This document shows, piece after piece, positions 28,251 to 37,409 of a DNA stretch of 64,000 nt. The notes beneath the pieces are model-generated. The model had not been told where the DNA came from. It did not search any database and was given only the letters and a program-made list of their open reading frames with translations. The stretch lies in NCBI GenBank assembly GCA_942490825.1, contig CALNYG010000005.1, forward strand, positions 134,240 to 198,239. The letters are read 5' to 3'. The position numbers were made by a program, and so were the translations under genes. The stretch is from Candidatus Moraniibacteriota bacterium (GTDB lineage: Bacteria; Patescibacteriota; Minisyncoccia; Moranbacterales; GCA-2747515). Within the stretch, counting starts at the first letter, position 1. Each line of letters starts with the position of its first letter.

Positions 28251-29162
28251 CTAAAATTTAAAGTTAGCTGATTTAATTATAGCACCATTCTTACAAATAA
28301 TTATAAATTCAATATTTTCTTTTTTCAAAAAATCCTGTGCCTTTTTTGATCCTAAAGTTATAGCTAGAGTTGCGTAAGAATCGGCAATTGCTCCGCTTTC
28401 ATTAATTACACTAGCAGAAATTATATCTGTTTCAGCACTGTCTTTTGATTGTGAATTTATAATATGATGTTTATTTTCATTATTATTTTTCCATTTTCTT
28501 TTATAAATCCCACTGGTACAAATAGCTTTATTTTCAACAGAAATTTTTATATTCTTATTTTCATCATGAGGATTTACAATTTCAATTTCAAATTTTTTCT
28601 GTTCACAGTCTTTTCCACTCACGTAAATATCACCGCCGATATTTATAATCATGCCATTAGCACTTTTAATTTTTTGTGTAATTTCTTGAGCGACATAACC
28701 TTTTAAAAATCCACCAAAATCTAACTCCTGATCTTTTTGTAAAGTTAAACAGTTTTCTGAAATAGTAATGTTTTCTAATTTTGAATTATATTGTAAATTT
28801 TCTCTTTCTTCAATTTCTTTATTTTTTTCATTTAAATTTTCTATAATTTTTTCAAACGATTGATCATAGCCAATTCGCGAAACTTGCAAAAGTGGATTAA
28901 ATTTCCCGTCAGTTTTTTTGTAAAGCTCAAAAGCGATTTTAAAAATATTCAAAAATTCTGGAGATATTTCTGCAGATTTATTTTTATTAACATAAGAAAG
29001 TTCACTGACATCATTGAATCGGGAAAATTTATCTTCATAAAAACTAGCTATTTTTATCGCTTCGGTAAAATAACCATCAGCTTTTTCGACGGATTCAGCA
29101 ATAAAAGTCATGTCAAAATCACAGCCCATGACACGCGTATGATAGTTGTATTCGTTTAGCAT
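28251..29162 (-). CDS. apbE: FAD:protein FMN transferase ApbE
   Basis: 303 aa with the GGDIYVSG motif and ApbE-like overall pattern (MGCDFDMTF, GFLKGY). Confidence 0.8.
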   Translation of the reverse strand: MLNEYNYHTRVMGCDFDMTFIAESVEKADGYFTEAIKIASFYEDKFSRFNDVSELSYVNKNKSAEISPEFLNIFKIAFELYKKTDGKFNPLLQVSRIGYDQSFEKIIENLNEKNKEIEERENLQYNSKLENITISENCLTLQKDQELDFGGFLKGYVAQEITQKIKSANGMIINIGGDIYVSGKDCEQKKFEIEIVNPHDENKNIKISVENKAICTSGIYKRKWKNNNENKHHIINSQSKDSAETDIISASVINESGAIADSYATLAITLGSKKAQDFLKKENIEFIIICKNGAIIKSANFKF

Positions 29163-29215
29163 ATGAATTATAATAAGAATAATAGTTTTATATTTTTAGT
29201 ATAACTTAAAATCGT

Positions 29216-29620
29216 ATGAAAAAGAATTTATTTTATGTTGTGATTAGTTTTTTTACAGTTATTTGTATTATTCTTTTGGGTGTGAATATTGTTTTTCGCA
29301 CAAAAACAATTCCTGAATTGGAAAGTTCAGTTTACAAAAAGCAGGAAGAATTTGAACAGCAAGTACAAGTAAAAGAAGATCGCATTGTCGAATTAGAAAA
29401 AGAATTAAATTCCTCAATTGAAAAGCAACGTAAAGCGGAGGCTGATTTAAAAGTTAAATTAGAGGAAGAGGCAAAGATTGCTTTAGAAAAAGCTCAGGCA
29501 GAAGAAGATGCTCGAATTGCTAAAGAGAAAGCAGAAAAGGCTGAGGCAAATAGAATTGCAGCGGAAAAAGCTAGACTAGCAGCTGAGGCAGAAGCTAGTA
29601 AAAAGTCTAAAGCATCTTAA
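29216..29620 (+). CDS. Membrane-anchored coiled-coil protein (K/A/E-rich)
   Basis: 134 aa with an N-terminal TM, then an EEAKIALEKAQAEEDARIAKEKAEKAEANRIAAEKARLAAEAEA low-complexity helix. Confidence 0.55.
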   Translation: MKKNLFYVVISFFTVICIILLGVNIVFRTKTIPELESSVYKKQEEFEQQVQVKEDRIVELEKELNSSIEKQRKAEADLKVKLEEEAKIALEKAQAEEDARIAKEKAEKAEANRIAAEKARLAAEAEASKKSKAS

Positions 29621-29647
29621 ATATTTTTCATTTAATTTTATAGATTT

Positions 29648-29676
29648 AAAAAAACTCCAAGGATGGAGTTTTTTTG
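29648..29676 (+). terminator. Intrinsic terminator
   Basis: AAAAACTCCA-agga-TGGAGTTTTTTTG. Confidence 0.8.
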
Positions 29677-29775
29677 TTTTAAGATTTAGATTTTTTAAAA
29701 ACTGTAAGATTGTATTTTTTAATTAAAGTAAATTTTTAAGGAAAATGTTATTGGGAGTCTGGTGAATCTCTGTGG

Positions 29776-29832
29776 GGAATTCTTCACTTCTTTATTTTTT
29801 CTAACGAAAAAATAAATCCGTTCAGAATGACA
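29776..29832. repeat. Half-unit of the MITE family (GGAATTCTTCAC ... CGTTCAGAATGACA)
   Basis: It matches the right half of the element at 4940-5077. Confidence 0.45.
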
Positions 29833-29888
29833 GGAAATTTTAATGACAGAAAATTTGTAGGGGTTTGCCAGTGGCAAACCTAAAAATT

Positions 29889-29903
29889 CCGTGCGGCGAG
29901 TAC
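29889..29903 (+). repeat. Truncated 19-mer copy CCGTGCGGCGAGTAC
   Basis: Read directly. It abuts twin-hairpin copy B. Confidence 0.6.
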
Positions 29904-29912
29904 AAGAATTAT

Positions 29913-30057
29913 AGAGTTGGTTCAATCGTCCTCGATTGAACTGTTTTTTTATTTTAAACTTTAAATTTCATAAAATAATAAAAAATTAAAGTAAACTTTA
30001 AATCTATTGAATATGGTATAAACAGAAAGGTTCAATCTACAAGATTGAACCAACTCT
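29913..30057 (+). repeat. 145-bp twin-hairpin element, copy B
   Basis: Perfect 15-nt terminal inverted repeat AGAGTTGGTTCAATC / GATTGAACCAACTCT. Each end is part of a GGTTCAATC/GATTGAACC hairpin. Confidence 0.8.
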
Positions 30058-30062
30058 TTTAC

Positions 30063-30081
30063 AAGCCCGTGCGGCGAGCAC
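30063..30081 (+). repeat. 19-mer AAGCCCGTGCGGCGAGCAC
   Basis: Exact copy. Confidence 0.8.
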
Positions 30082-30125
30082 TATTTAAATTAAAAAAATT
30101 CAATTAAAAAATAATTCTTGCAAAA

Positions 30126-30155
30126 TAAAAACAGTCTTTTTACAGACTGTTTTTA
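30126..30155. terminator. Bidirectional hairpin terminator downstream of tRNA-Gly
   Basis: AAAAACAGTCT-ttttac-AGACTGTTTTTA. Confidence 0.7.
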
Positions 30156-30164
30156 TTATCTTTG

Positions 30165-30237
30165 AGCGGGTGAAGGGAATCGAACCCTCGTCCTCAGCTT
30201 GGAAGGCTGGCATAATAAGCCACTATACGACACCCGC
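30165..30237 (-). tRNA. tRNA-Gly (anticodon UCC)
   Basis: The reverse complement is GCGGGTG-TC-GTAT..AGTGG..-CCAGC-CTTCCAA-GCTGA-GGAC-GAGGG-TTCGATT-CCCTT-CACCCGC-T. It aligns arm for arm with E. coli glyT. CCA is not encoded. Confidence 0.9.
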
Positions 30238-30252
30238 TGTTTTTTTATCTCA

Positions 30253-30954
30253 CTAACCAAAATTGTCAAAAATGATATTTTCTTTGGCAACATTCATTTC
30301 TGTAAGTAAACTTTTCATTGCTTCAATGAATCCTTGAGTACCTACTACATAATATAACGAATTTTTTACTTCGTCAAGATGTTTGTTTATCATTTCACTA
30401 TTTATCCTTCCGCATTCGCCATTCCAATCAGTACAATTTCTGGTCATTGTGTTAATGCATTTGTAATTTTCTAGTTGAAATTCCTCCATTTCTTTGTAAA
30501 GAGCTGCACTTTCGACGTTTCGATTTGAATAGAATAAGGTGATTTTTCGCTCAGATTTTTCAGTTTCTTCTTTTCTTAAAATTGATCGGATGGGTGTTAT
30601 TCCTACACCAGCAGTTAAAAAAACTATTTTTTTATCTTTATCTTCAGGTAAAGTAAAGTTTCCGATTGGACCTTTGATTTTTATTTCTTCACCAATTTGC
30701 ATTGAAGTGATATTTTTTTTGAATGCACTTTCGCTTTCTCGCATTACGAAATTTAAATAATTGTCTTTTGGTGCTGAAGCAAATGACATGGCTCGGAATT
30801 TTGGTTGGTCGTCGGTAAATTTTTCGTTTAGTATTTCTAAAAAGGTATATTGTCCTGCTTGAAATTTGAAATCAGCTGGTTTTTCAAAAGTAAACATCCA
30901 AGTGTTCTCGGCAACTTTTTCTTTTTTATTTAGTTTTACGATGTATTCTTTCAT
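30253..30954 (-). CDS. Ferredoxin-NADP reductase-like FAD/NAD(P)-binding oxidoreductase
   Basis: 233 aa with RAMSFASAP (RxYS-type FAD motif), GPIGNF and FLTAGVGITPIRS (NAD-binding GxGxxP). Confidence 0.8.
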   Translation of the reverse strand: MKEYIVKLNKKEKVAENTWMFTFEKPADFKFQAGQYTFLEILNEKFTDDQPKFRAMSFASAPKDNYLNFVMRESESAFKKNITSMQIGEEIKIKGPIGNFTLPEDKDKKIVFLTAGVGITPIRSILRKEETEKSERKITLFYSNRNVESAALYKEMEEFQLENYKCINTMTRNCTDWNGECGRINSEMINKHLDEVKNSLYYVVGTQGFIEAMKSLLTEMNVAKENIIFDNFG

Positions 30955-31106
30955 GCCTTAATTTTAACTTTTAAGTTGGTTTTGAGCAAGTTTAAGTCTT
31001 TTAAAAAATAAAAACTGGCTAGTCACTTGTTTTGACTAAGCCAGCTTTGACGAGTTATTCGTCCAAACGATATTTTTACATCTTACTTGTTTTCGCTAAA
31101 AAAATT

Positions 31107-31879
31107 GGTATTGCTACCAAACTATAGATAATGTAAAATGAATAGGTAATTAAATACCTAAAAACAAAAAAATGAAAATTAAATGCCCTCATTGCAATAA
31201 TAAGAATTATGTTAAAAATGGTAAAGTAAATAAAAAACAAAGATATCTATGTAAAGAATGTAGCTATAACTTTTCTAGATTTACAAAAAGAGGAAAACCT
31301 AAAGAAATTAAGAAAAAAGCAATTGAAATGTATTTAGAGGGACTAGGATTTAGATCAATAGGAAGAATACTGAAAGTTAGTAACGTTAGTATATTAAGAT
31401 GGGTAAAAAAAGCAACTAAAAAATTAAGGAATATTTTAAAAAGTAAAAAAGAAGTAAAATATTGGAAAATAGAAAAAATGGAATTAGATGAAATGTGGCA
31501 TTTTGTGTTAAAAAAAAGAAAAAAGCCTGGATTTGGCTTGCAGTTGATAGATCTAGTAAAATAATAATTGATTTCGTGATAGGGACAAGAGGTGAAAAAA
31601 CTGGAAGAAAATTATGGGACAAAATCAAAAAAATTGATTGCGATAAATACTGTTCAGATCATTGGGATGTTTATAAAAAATTTTTACCAAAAGATAAGCA
31701 CATTCAAACAAAAGCAGAGACTTTTACAGTTGAAGGAATGAATAATCAATTAAGACATTATATAGCAAGATTTCATAGGAAAACTCATTGTTATTCTAAA
31801 AGTATTGAAATGGTTGAATATACAATCTTGCTATTCATGCACAGAGAAATTGCTATTTCTATATTTGAGTAGCAATACC
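31107..31879 (+). mobile_element. IS1-family insertion sequence (773 bp) with 8-bp target-site duplication AAAAAATT
   Basis: IRL is GGTATTGCTACC (compare E. coli IS1 GGTGATGCTGCC). IRR is GGTAGCAATACC in reverse. The flanking direct repeats lie at 31099-31106 and 31880-31887. Confidence 0.85.
31172..31872 (+). CDS. IS1 transposase InsAB' (InsA zinc-finger/HTH plus InsB catalytic part; programmed -1 frameshift)
   Basis: InsA frame: CPHCNNKNYVKNGK..YLCKEC. The -1 frame reads AWIWLAVDRSSKII...GTRG. The slippery run TTAAAAAAAAG lies at about 31508-31518. The frame offset between the two ORFs is -1. Confidence 0.85.
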
Positions 31880-32524
31880 AAAAAATTTACTATTTCAGCG
31901 AAAGTTTTTATTTCTTTTGCGGTGTTGTAGAAATCACTCTTGTTTTTATTGTTAGAAACAATCACGAGAGCCTTGTATTCCTCAAATGGATAATTTGGAT
32001 CTTCAACGTATCCACACGATGATTTCATCTGAGCAGGTTTAATGATGATATTATAATCACCATCCAATACTTTAGCAATGCTATCGTAAAAAACTTTCTT
32101 TTTTTGAGCTTCTTCCGCTGGCATGTTGCTGATCATAGCTGTAAAAGGGGGGAGCATTTTATTATACTTAACACCGCCATCAGGCAAAAACATCGCAAGG
32201 GGACTAAAGCCAGGTCCACAAGGTCCTATAATTTGTAAGTTTTGCTTATGCTCTTCAGCAAATGAAAAACATGCAAGACCAAAAAAAATAGATGTTACCA
32301 CAGTAAAATTTAGAAAGAACCGTTTCATAGCACACTCCTTATTTTGTGCTTTAATATTGTGTGACAAATTTCCCAATGAAAATTGTCAACATGTAAGTAT
32401 AGCAGATTTAAAATATTTGTCAACCCTATTGACTCCATGCTTTATTCTTATTATTTTCCAAAAAATCCTTTACAAACCCCCTTTTTAATGATAATCTCAA
32501 TATAATCACTAGTACAAAGAAATT

Positions 32525-33028
32525 ATGACAAATTTCTATTTTATAAATGAAAATAACCTCAAAATGTTTGTAACGATAGCCTTATTATTAAGTCTAGTGT
32601 CTTTAATTATATCTTTAATTTTATTTTTGCAAAATCGCAAGAACAATAAAAAATTAAAGCTACTTTTTCGTGGAAAAAAAGGAAAAGACTTAGAACAAAT
32701 CATTTTAGACAATAACGATAAAATAGAACATTTTGACAAAGAAATTCAAGAACTATTTGATATTTCCAATCGGATCAATAAATTAGCAGGAAAAGGACTT
32801 AGTCGTTTCAAGGTTGTGCGATTCAATCCGTTTAAAGATTTAGGTGGAGATCAGAGTTTTGTAGCAGCTTTTTTAGATAGTCAAAACGATGGTTTAGTGA
32901 TTTCGTCTATGCACACACGAGAAGGAACACGAGTTTATTCAAAGCCAATTATTAAAGGCAAGAGTGAGAAATATAAATTAACAGATGAAGAGGTGAAAGC
33001 GATTGAGATGGCGAGTGAGGGGAAATAA
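32525..33028 (+). CDS. DUF4446-family protein
   Basis: 167 aa with an N-terminal TM. RFNPFKDLGGDQSFVAAFLDSQNDGLVISSMHTREGTRVYSKPI matches the DUF4446 pattern. The true start may be the internal Met at about 32564. Confidence 0.65.
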   Translation: MTNFYFINENNLKMFVTIALLLSLVSLIISLILFLQNRKNNKKLKLLFRGKKGKDLEQIILDNNDKIEHFDKEIQELFDISNRINKLAGKGLSRFKVVRFNPFKDLGGDQSFVAAFLDSQNDGLVISSMHTREGTRVYSKPIIKGKSEKYKLTDEEVKAIEMASEGK

Positions 33029-33044
33029 GATTTATAGACACATA

Positions 33045-33227
33045 ATGTCATGTCATCCTGAAAAATTATTTCATTTTTTGTAAAAAAATTAAAAAATTTA
33101 TTCAGGATCTCAGAAGAATATTATACTTTAAATTTTTTTCTTAAACTTAAAGTGTAGATTCCGGATAAATTATTTTCTATTTCATCGCTACACTCTGAAA
33201 GAAAATATATTTTCCGGAATGACATGT
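33045..33227. mobile_element. MITE-like element
   Basis: ATGTCATGTCATCCTGAA ... TTTTCCGGAATGACATG. Its right half closely matches the right half of the 19905 copy. Confidence 0.55.
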
Positions 33228-33272
33228 TTGGGAGTTCGTGCAATTTTGTAGGAATCAAAAAACAAACCAAAA

Positions 33273-33291
33273 AAGCCCGTGCGGCGAGCAC
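33273..33291 (+). repeat. 19-mer AAGCCCGTGCGGCGAGCAC
   Basis: Exact copy. Confidence 0.8.
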
Positions 33292-33431
33292 ATTTATTAT
33301 TTAAATATTTTTAGTATTCCTGTGAGGATAGGAATCTTTCTGTAGAATATATTATAATTTTTAGAAGAATTAAAAGACTTCAAGAAAATTTAATTGCAGA
33401 AATAGTTTAATTCGTTTTAAAATTTTAAAAT

Positions 33432-35222
33432 ATGTCAGAAGAAAAAGATTTAGAAGAAGAAAAAGAAGTAAAAAATGTAAAAATACCAGCGACAGTAACC
33501 ATTAAGGATTTTTCGTCAATTTTAGATTTACCAGTTACAGAAGTAATCACTGAGCTGATGAAAAATCAGATTATGGCAACAATCAATGAAGAAATTGATT
33601 TCGATACAGCAGCTTTAATCGCTGGAGAGTTAGGTTTCGAAGTAGAAGAGGATTTAGAAATTGCTGATAATGAAACAATAACTTTAGAGAGATTATTAGA
33701 AATTTGCGAAAAAGAAAAATTGTCAGATAAAAAGTTTGCTTCTCGACCGCCAATCGTTACAATCCTTGGACATGTTGATCATGGAAAGACAACTTTATTA
33801 GATACAATTCGACAAACTTCTGTAGCAGGCGATGAAGCCGGAGGAATTACTCAGCATATTCGAGCCTATCAGGTTAAAAAGAAAGGAAAGACTTTGACTT
33901 TCATTGATACTCCAGGACATGCAGCTTTTGCAGCTATGCGTGAGCGGGGCGTTTCTTTGGCAGATATTGCGATCCTAGTTGTAGCGGCAGATGATGGCGT
34001 ACGACCTCAAACTGAAGAGGTAATAAAGTATTTAAAAGATAAGAACATTCCAACTTTGGTAGCAATCAATAAAGTTGACAAACCAAATGCTAATGTTAAT
34101 CGAGTAAAACAAGAATTAGCCGAACACGATATCATGATTGAGGAATACGGTGGAAAGGTAATATGTAATGAAATTAGTGCTAAAAATAAAATTGGAATTA
34201 ATGAATTATTGGAAAGCGTTTTGCTTTTAGCTGAAGTTGAGGACTTGCGTTCTGATGAAAAAAGAGATGGGTTAGCAGTTGTTCTTGAATCTCACAAAGA
34301 TCCACAAAAAGGACCAGTAGCAACAGTAGTAGTTAAAACTGGAACAATTAAAGTTGGGCAAGATGTTACAGTTGGCAAGACTTATGGGAGAATTAGACGA
34401 ATTGAAGATTATAATGGAAAAAGTATTGATAAAGCTGGACCATCAATGCCTGTAATTGTTTTTGGTCTTTCTGATACAGTTGAAACAAATAGTGTTATTC
34501 AGGTAGCTAATGCAAAAAGATCAGCTAGACTTAAATCGGAAGAAATGGCGAGTCGTTTAGCAGGAGGCAAAAAGAATGTAAAAAGTATTAACAGCGGAGC
34601 TGATGTACAGTTGAATGTTATTATAAAAGCAGATGTACAAGGATCTATTGAAGCTATTGATCAGGTTTTAGGAACTATTCCTCAAGGAAAGGTTTCGATT
34701 AATTATGTTGATGTTGGAGTGGGAAATATTACTGAATCAGACGTACAGATGGCAGAATCTTCTAAAGCAATACTTTTTGGATTCAACGTTAGTACTAGTC
34801 CTGTGGCTAAAAGAATGGCGGAAAATAAAGGAGTTGAAATCGATGAGTATTCTGTTATTTATAAATTAGTTGAGAATATCAATGAAAGATTAGTTACCTT
34901 ACTTCCTGAAGAGATTGAGAAAACTGATTTGGGCAAGTTAGAAATTTTAGGTATTTTCAGAACAGAGAAAGATAATATGATTATTGGTGGACGAGTGATC
35001 GAAGGTAAAATTTTGAATAAAGGTGTTAAACTTAATATTTTCAGAGAGGAAAAGAATATTGGTAAAGCAAATCTTGTGAACTTACAAAGTAATAAAGTTG
35101 ATGTGAATGAGGTGAAGAAAAATGATGAATGTGGGATTACCATTGATAAAAGCTTCAAACTTAAGATCGGAGATGTTGCGGAAATTTATCAAGAACTTGT
35201 TAAGCCTAGAACTTTGGAGTAG
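33432..35222 (+). CDS. infB: Translation initiation factor IF-2
   Basis: 596 aa with the G-domain motifs ILGHVDHGKTTLLD, DTPGH, NKVD. Confidence 0.95.
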   Translation: MSEEKDLEEEKEVKNVKIPATVTIKDFSSILDLPVTEVITELMKNQIMATINEEIDFDTAALIAGELGFEVEEDLEIADNETITLERLLEICEKEKLSDKKFASRPPIVTILGHVDHGKTTLLDTIRQTSVAGDEAGGITQHIRAYQVKKKGKTLTFIDTPGHAAFAAMRERGVSLADIAILVVAADDGVRPQTEEVIKYLKDKNIPTLVAINKVDKPNANVNRVKQELAEHDIMIEEYGGKVICNEISAKNKIGINELLESVLLLAEVEDLRSDEKRDGLAVVLESHKDPQKGPVATVVVKTGTIKVGQDVTVGKTYGRIRRIEDYNGKSIDKAGPSMPVIVFGLSDTVETNSVIQVANAKRSARLKSEEMASRLAGGKKNVKSINSGADVQLNVIIKADVQGSIEAIDQVLGTIPQGKVSINYVDVGVGNITESDVQMAESSKAILFGFNVSTSPVAKRMAENKGVEIDEYSVIYKLVENINERLVTLLPEEIEKTDLGKLEILGIFRTEKDNMIIGGRVIEGKILNKGVKLNIFREEKNIGKANLVNLQSNKVDVNEVKKNDECGITIDKSFKLKIGDVAEIYQELVKPRTLE

Positions 35223-35247
35223 CAACTAAAATCTAATTAAATTTATA

Positions 35248-35276
35248 AAGTAGACTTTTTAAGTCTACTTTTTATT
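35248..35276 (+). terminator. Intrinsic terminator after infB
   Basis: AAAGTAGACTT-tt-AAGTCTACTTTTTATTT. Confidence 0.8.
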
Positions 35277-35374
35277 TATAAAAGACTACTAATGACTGCA
35301 AGTTATCTTTAATAATAAACGATAGACATAAAGTTAGATTTGCAAAAATTTATGACAATTGTTAAGCTTTAAAA

Positions 35375-35893
35375 ATGAATTTACCAAATCTACAAGAAAT
35401 TGATCAAATACGAAAAACTGGCTTTCGCCCACAAGTAGTTGGGTGTATTTTAAATAACAAAAAAATACTTTTTTTCTACAAAAATAAATATAATTTGTGG
35501 CAATTACCTCAGGGAGGAATCGATAATAGGGAAAATATTGAAAAAGCAGTAATTCGTGAAATGACCGAGGAACTTGGAATTAGCTTCACTAAAAAACTAG
35601 AGGTTAAATCATTGTTTGGCTATACTCAGTTAATTTTTCCACCTAAACTTCGAGGTTCTCGCAGTTTAAAAACTGATAGTGGAGCTAGTATATTTATGAA
35701 AGGTAAAAAATATTTTTTTATCGAAATAAATACAAATATTGGAAATTTAGACATTAAAGAAACAGAGTTCAATAAATATAAATGGCTAGATTATAGACAA
35801 GCTATTGAACTGTCTAAAAATATATATCAAAAAGGAAAACGGGAAATGACCACTAAAATTTTATCTAAACTACATAATTTAGATTTATTATAA
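35375..35893 (+). CDS. Nudix hydrolase
   Basis: 172 aa. The Nudix box GGIDNRENIEKAVIREMTEELGI fits Gx5Ex7REUxEExGU. Confidence 0.85.
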   Translation: MNLPNLQEIDQIRKTGFRPQVVGCILNNKKILFFYKNKYNLWQLPQGGIDNRENIEKAVIREMTEELGISFTKKLEVKSLFGYTQLIFPPKLRGSRSLKTDSGASIFMKGKKYFFIEINTNIGNLDIKETEFNKYKWLDYRQAIELSKNIYQKGKREMTTKILSKLHNLDLL

Positions 35894-35909
35894 AAAATAA
35901 AAAAATACA

Positions 35910-36794
35910 ATGAAAAAAATATTTAACAACCTATCAAATGAAAGAAGAGGGGAACTAACTTTACTTCTTGAAATAATTATCTGGAGCACTTTACCAATAA
36001 TTTCAAAATTTAGTTTTTTAGGTGTCTCTCCGATAATGTCAGCTTCAACATCTTCATTGCTAGCAGGAGTATTTTTTCTTATCATCTTTACATATCAAAA
36101 AAGATGGCATGAATTAAAAAATAATTTTGATTGGAAAAATATTATTTTACTTTCTATTGTCTTAACAATAACTTTTTATTTTTTATTTACAGGAACCAAA
36201 AATACAACAGCTGGAAATGTTGCTATTTTATCTCAAATGGAAGTATTTTTTACTTTTTTAATATTTTCTGTATTTTTTAGAAAAGAAAAAATATCTCCCT
36301 ATCGCATTCTTGGTGCGACACTTATGATTTTAGGTGTTGTCATGGTTTGCTACTCAAAAGATTTTTCTTTAAGCTTAGGAGACATTTTTATCCTTATTTC
36401 AGTCTTCTTTGGAGCCTTTTGTAGTTTGTTTGCAAGAAAGGCACTGGAAAAAATGAGCGTTGTTTTAGTGATGATGGCAAGAAGTTTTTTATTGGGAATT
36501 TCCTTATTTATTCTAGCTATCTTTTTCAATCAATTTCCTACTTTTACAGAATTTAAAGTATCATTTCCCTTTTTATTATTAAATGGATTTCTCATTTTTG
36601 GAGTTTCCAGAACTTTAATGTATAAAGTTTTTAAAATGATACCAGTCACAAAAGCTTTATCCTTAAAAGCAATTTATCCGCTTTTTACCCTGTTTTTTTC
36701 TTATTTATTTCTCTCAGAAATTCCAACTATTTGGCAAGTTGTAAGCATCATTCCATTTTTTATTGGAACCTGGTTTTTAGTTAATAAAAAATAA
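35910..36794 (+). CDS. EamA/DMT-family transporter
   Basis: 294 aa with about 10 TM helices in two similar halves. Confidence 0.65.
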   Translation: MKKIFNNLSNERRGELTLLLEIIIWSTLPIISKFSFLGVSPIMSASTSSLLAGVFFLIIFTYQKRWHELKNNFDWKNIILLSIVLTITFYFLFTGTKNTTAGNVAILSQMEVFFTFLIFSVFFRKEKISPYRILGATLMILGVVMVCYSKDFSLSLGDIFILISVFFGAFCSLFARKALEKMSVVLVMMARSFLLGISLFILAIFFNQFPTFTEFKVSFPFLLLNGFLIFGVSRTLMYKVFKMIPVTKALSLKAIYPLFTLFFSYLFLSEIPTIWQVVSIIPFFIGTWFLVNKK

Positions 36795-36798
36795 ATTT

Positions 36799-37098
36799 AT
36801 GGATCTAGTGTTAAATTTAATTGCATGTCATTTTATAGGTGATTTTGCATTGCAAAGTGAATTCATATCAAAAAATAAAGGCAAGTCTTGGGAAATAAAT
36901 TTTTATCATGCTATAACATATACTTCGGTATTTATATTGTTTAGTAATATCTCTTTATCTTTTTATATTTTAATATTTTTTAGTCATTTAATAATAGATC
37001 CTCTTAAATCTCGATATGGAATAATCAAAAACATATATACAGATCAGGCATTACATATTATAATACTTTTAATCGGTTATTACTTATTTTCTAATTAA
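36799..37098 (+). CDS. DUF3307-family membrane protein
   Basis: 99 aa with the CHFIGDFALQS motif. Confidence 0.6.
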   Translation: MDLVLNLIACHFIGDFALQSEFISKNKGKSWEINFYHAITYTSVFILFSNISLSFYILIFFSHLIIDPLKSRYGIIKNIYTDQALHIIILLIGYYLFSN

Positions 37099-37101
37099 CT
37101 C

Positions 37102-37365
37102 ATGAAAAAAACATTCCTCATAATCATAGCTGTACTTTTAATTATTTTTACAATAATTTTCTTTAATATATTTGATCTTAAAAAAGATCAAAATGGTTTT
37201 GGTTTACAAATAGAAGATGATAAAAAAGTTTTTGTTAAAGAAATAGTCTCTAAAATAACAGACAAGGTTTATCAAGAGGCCACCGAACATAATCCAGAAG
37301 GAGATCGTCTTCCGGATTGGATTGACGATAGGATTAAAGAAGAAATTAAAAAAAGAGTTAATTAA
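37102..37365 (+). CDS. Hypothetical small membrane-anchored protein
   Basis: 87 aa with an N-terminal TM helix. Confidence 0.5.
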   Translation: MKKTFLIIIAVLLIIFTIIFFNIFDLKKDQNGFGLQIEDDKKVFVKEIVSKITDKVYQEATEHNPEGDRLPDWIDDRIKEEIKKRVN

Positions 37366-37409
37366 AAACTTCTATTTGTCTACAAATCTAAAAATCTACT
37401 AATCTATTT

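Larger units (their letters stand above)
31076..32328 (-). pseudogene. Secreted hypothetical protein gene interrupted near its 3' end by the IS1 element
   Basis: Start at MKRFFLNFTVV (RBS AAGGAG). The reading frame runs into the IS at 31879. Removing the IS and one TSD copy restores ...AEIVNFLAKTSKM-stop (TAA at 31076-31078), followed by a hairpin terminator. Confidence 0.7.
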
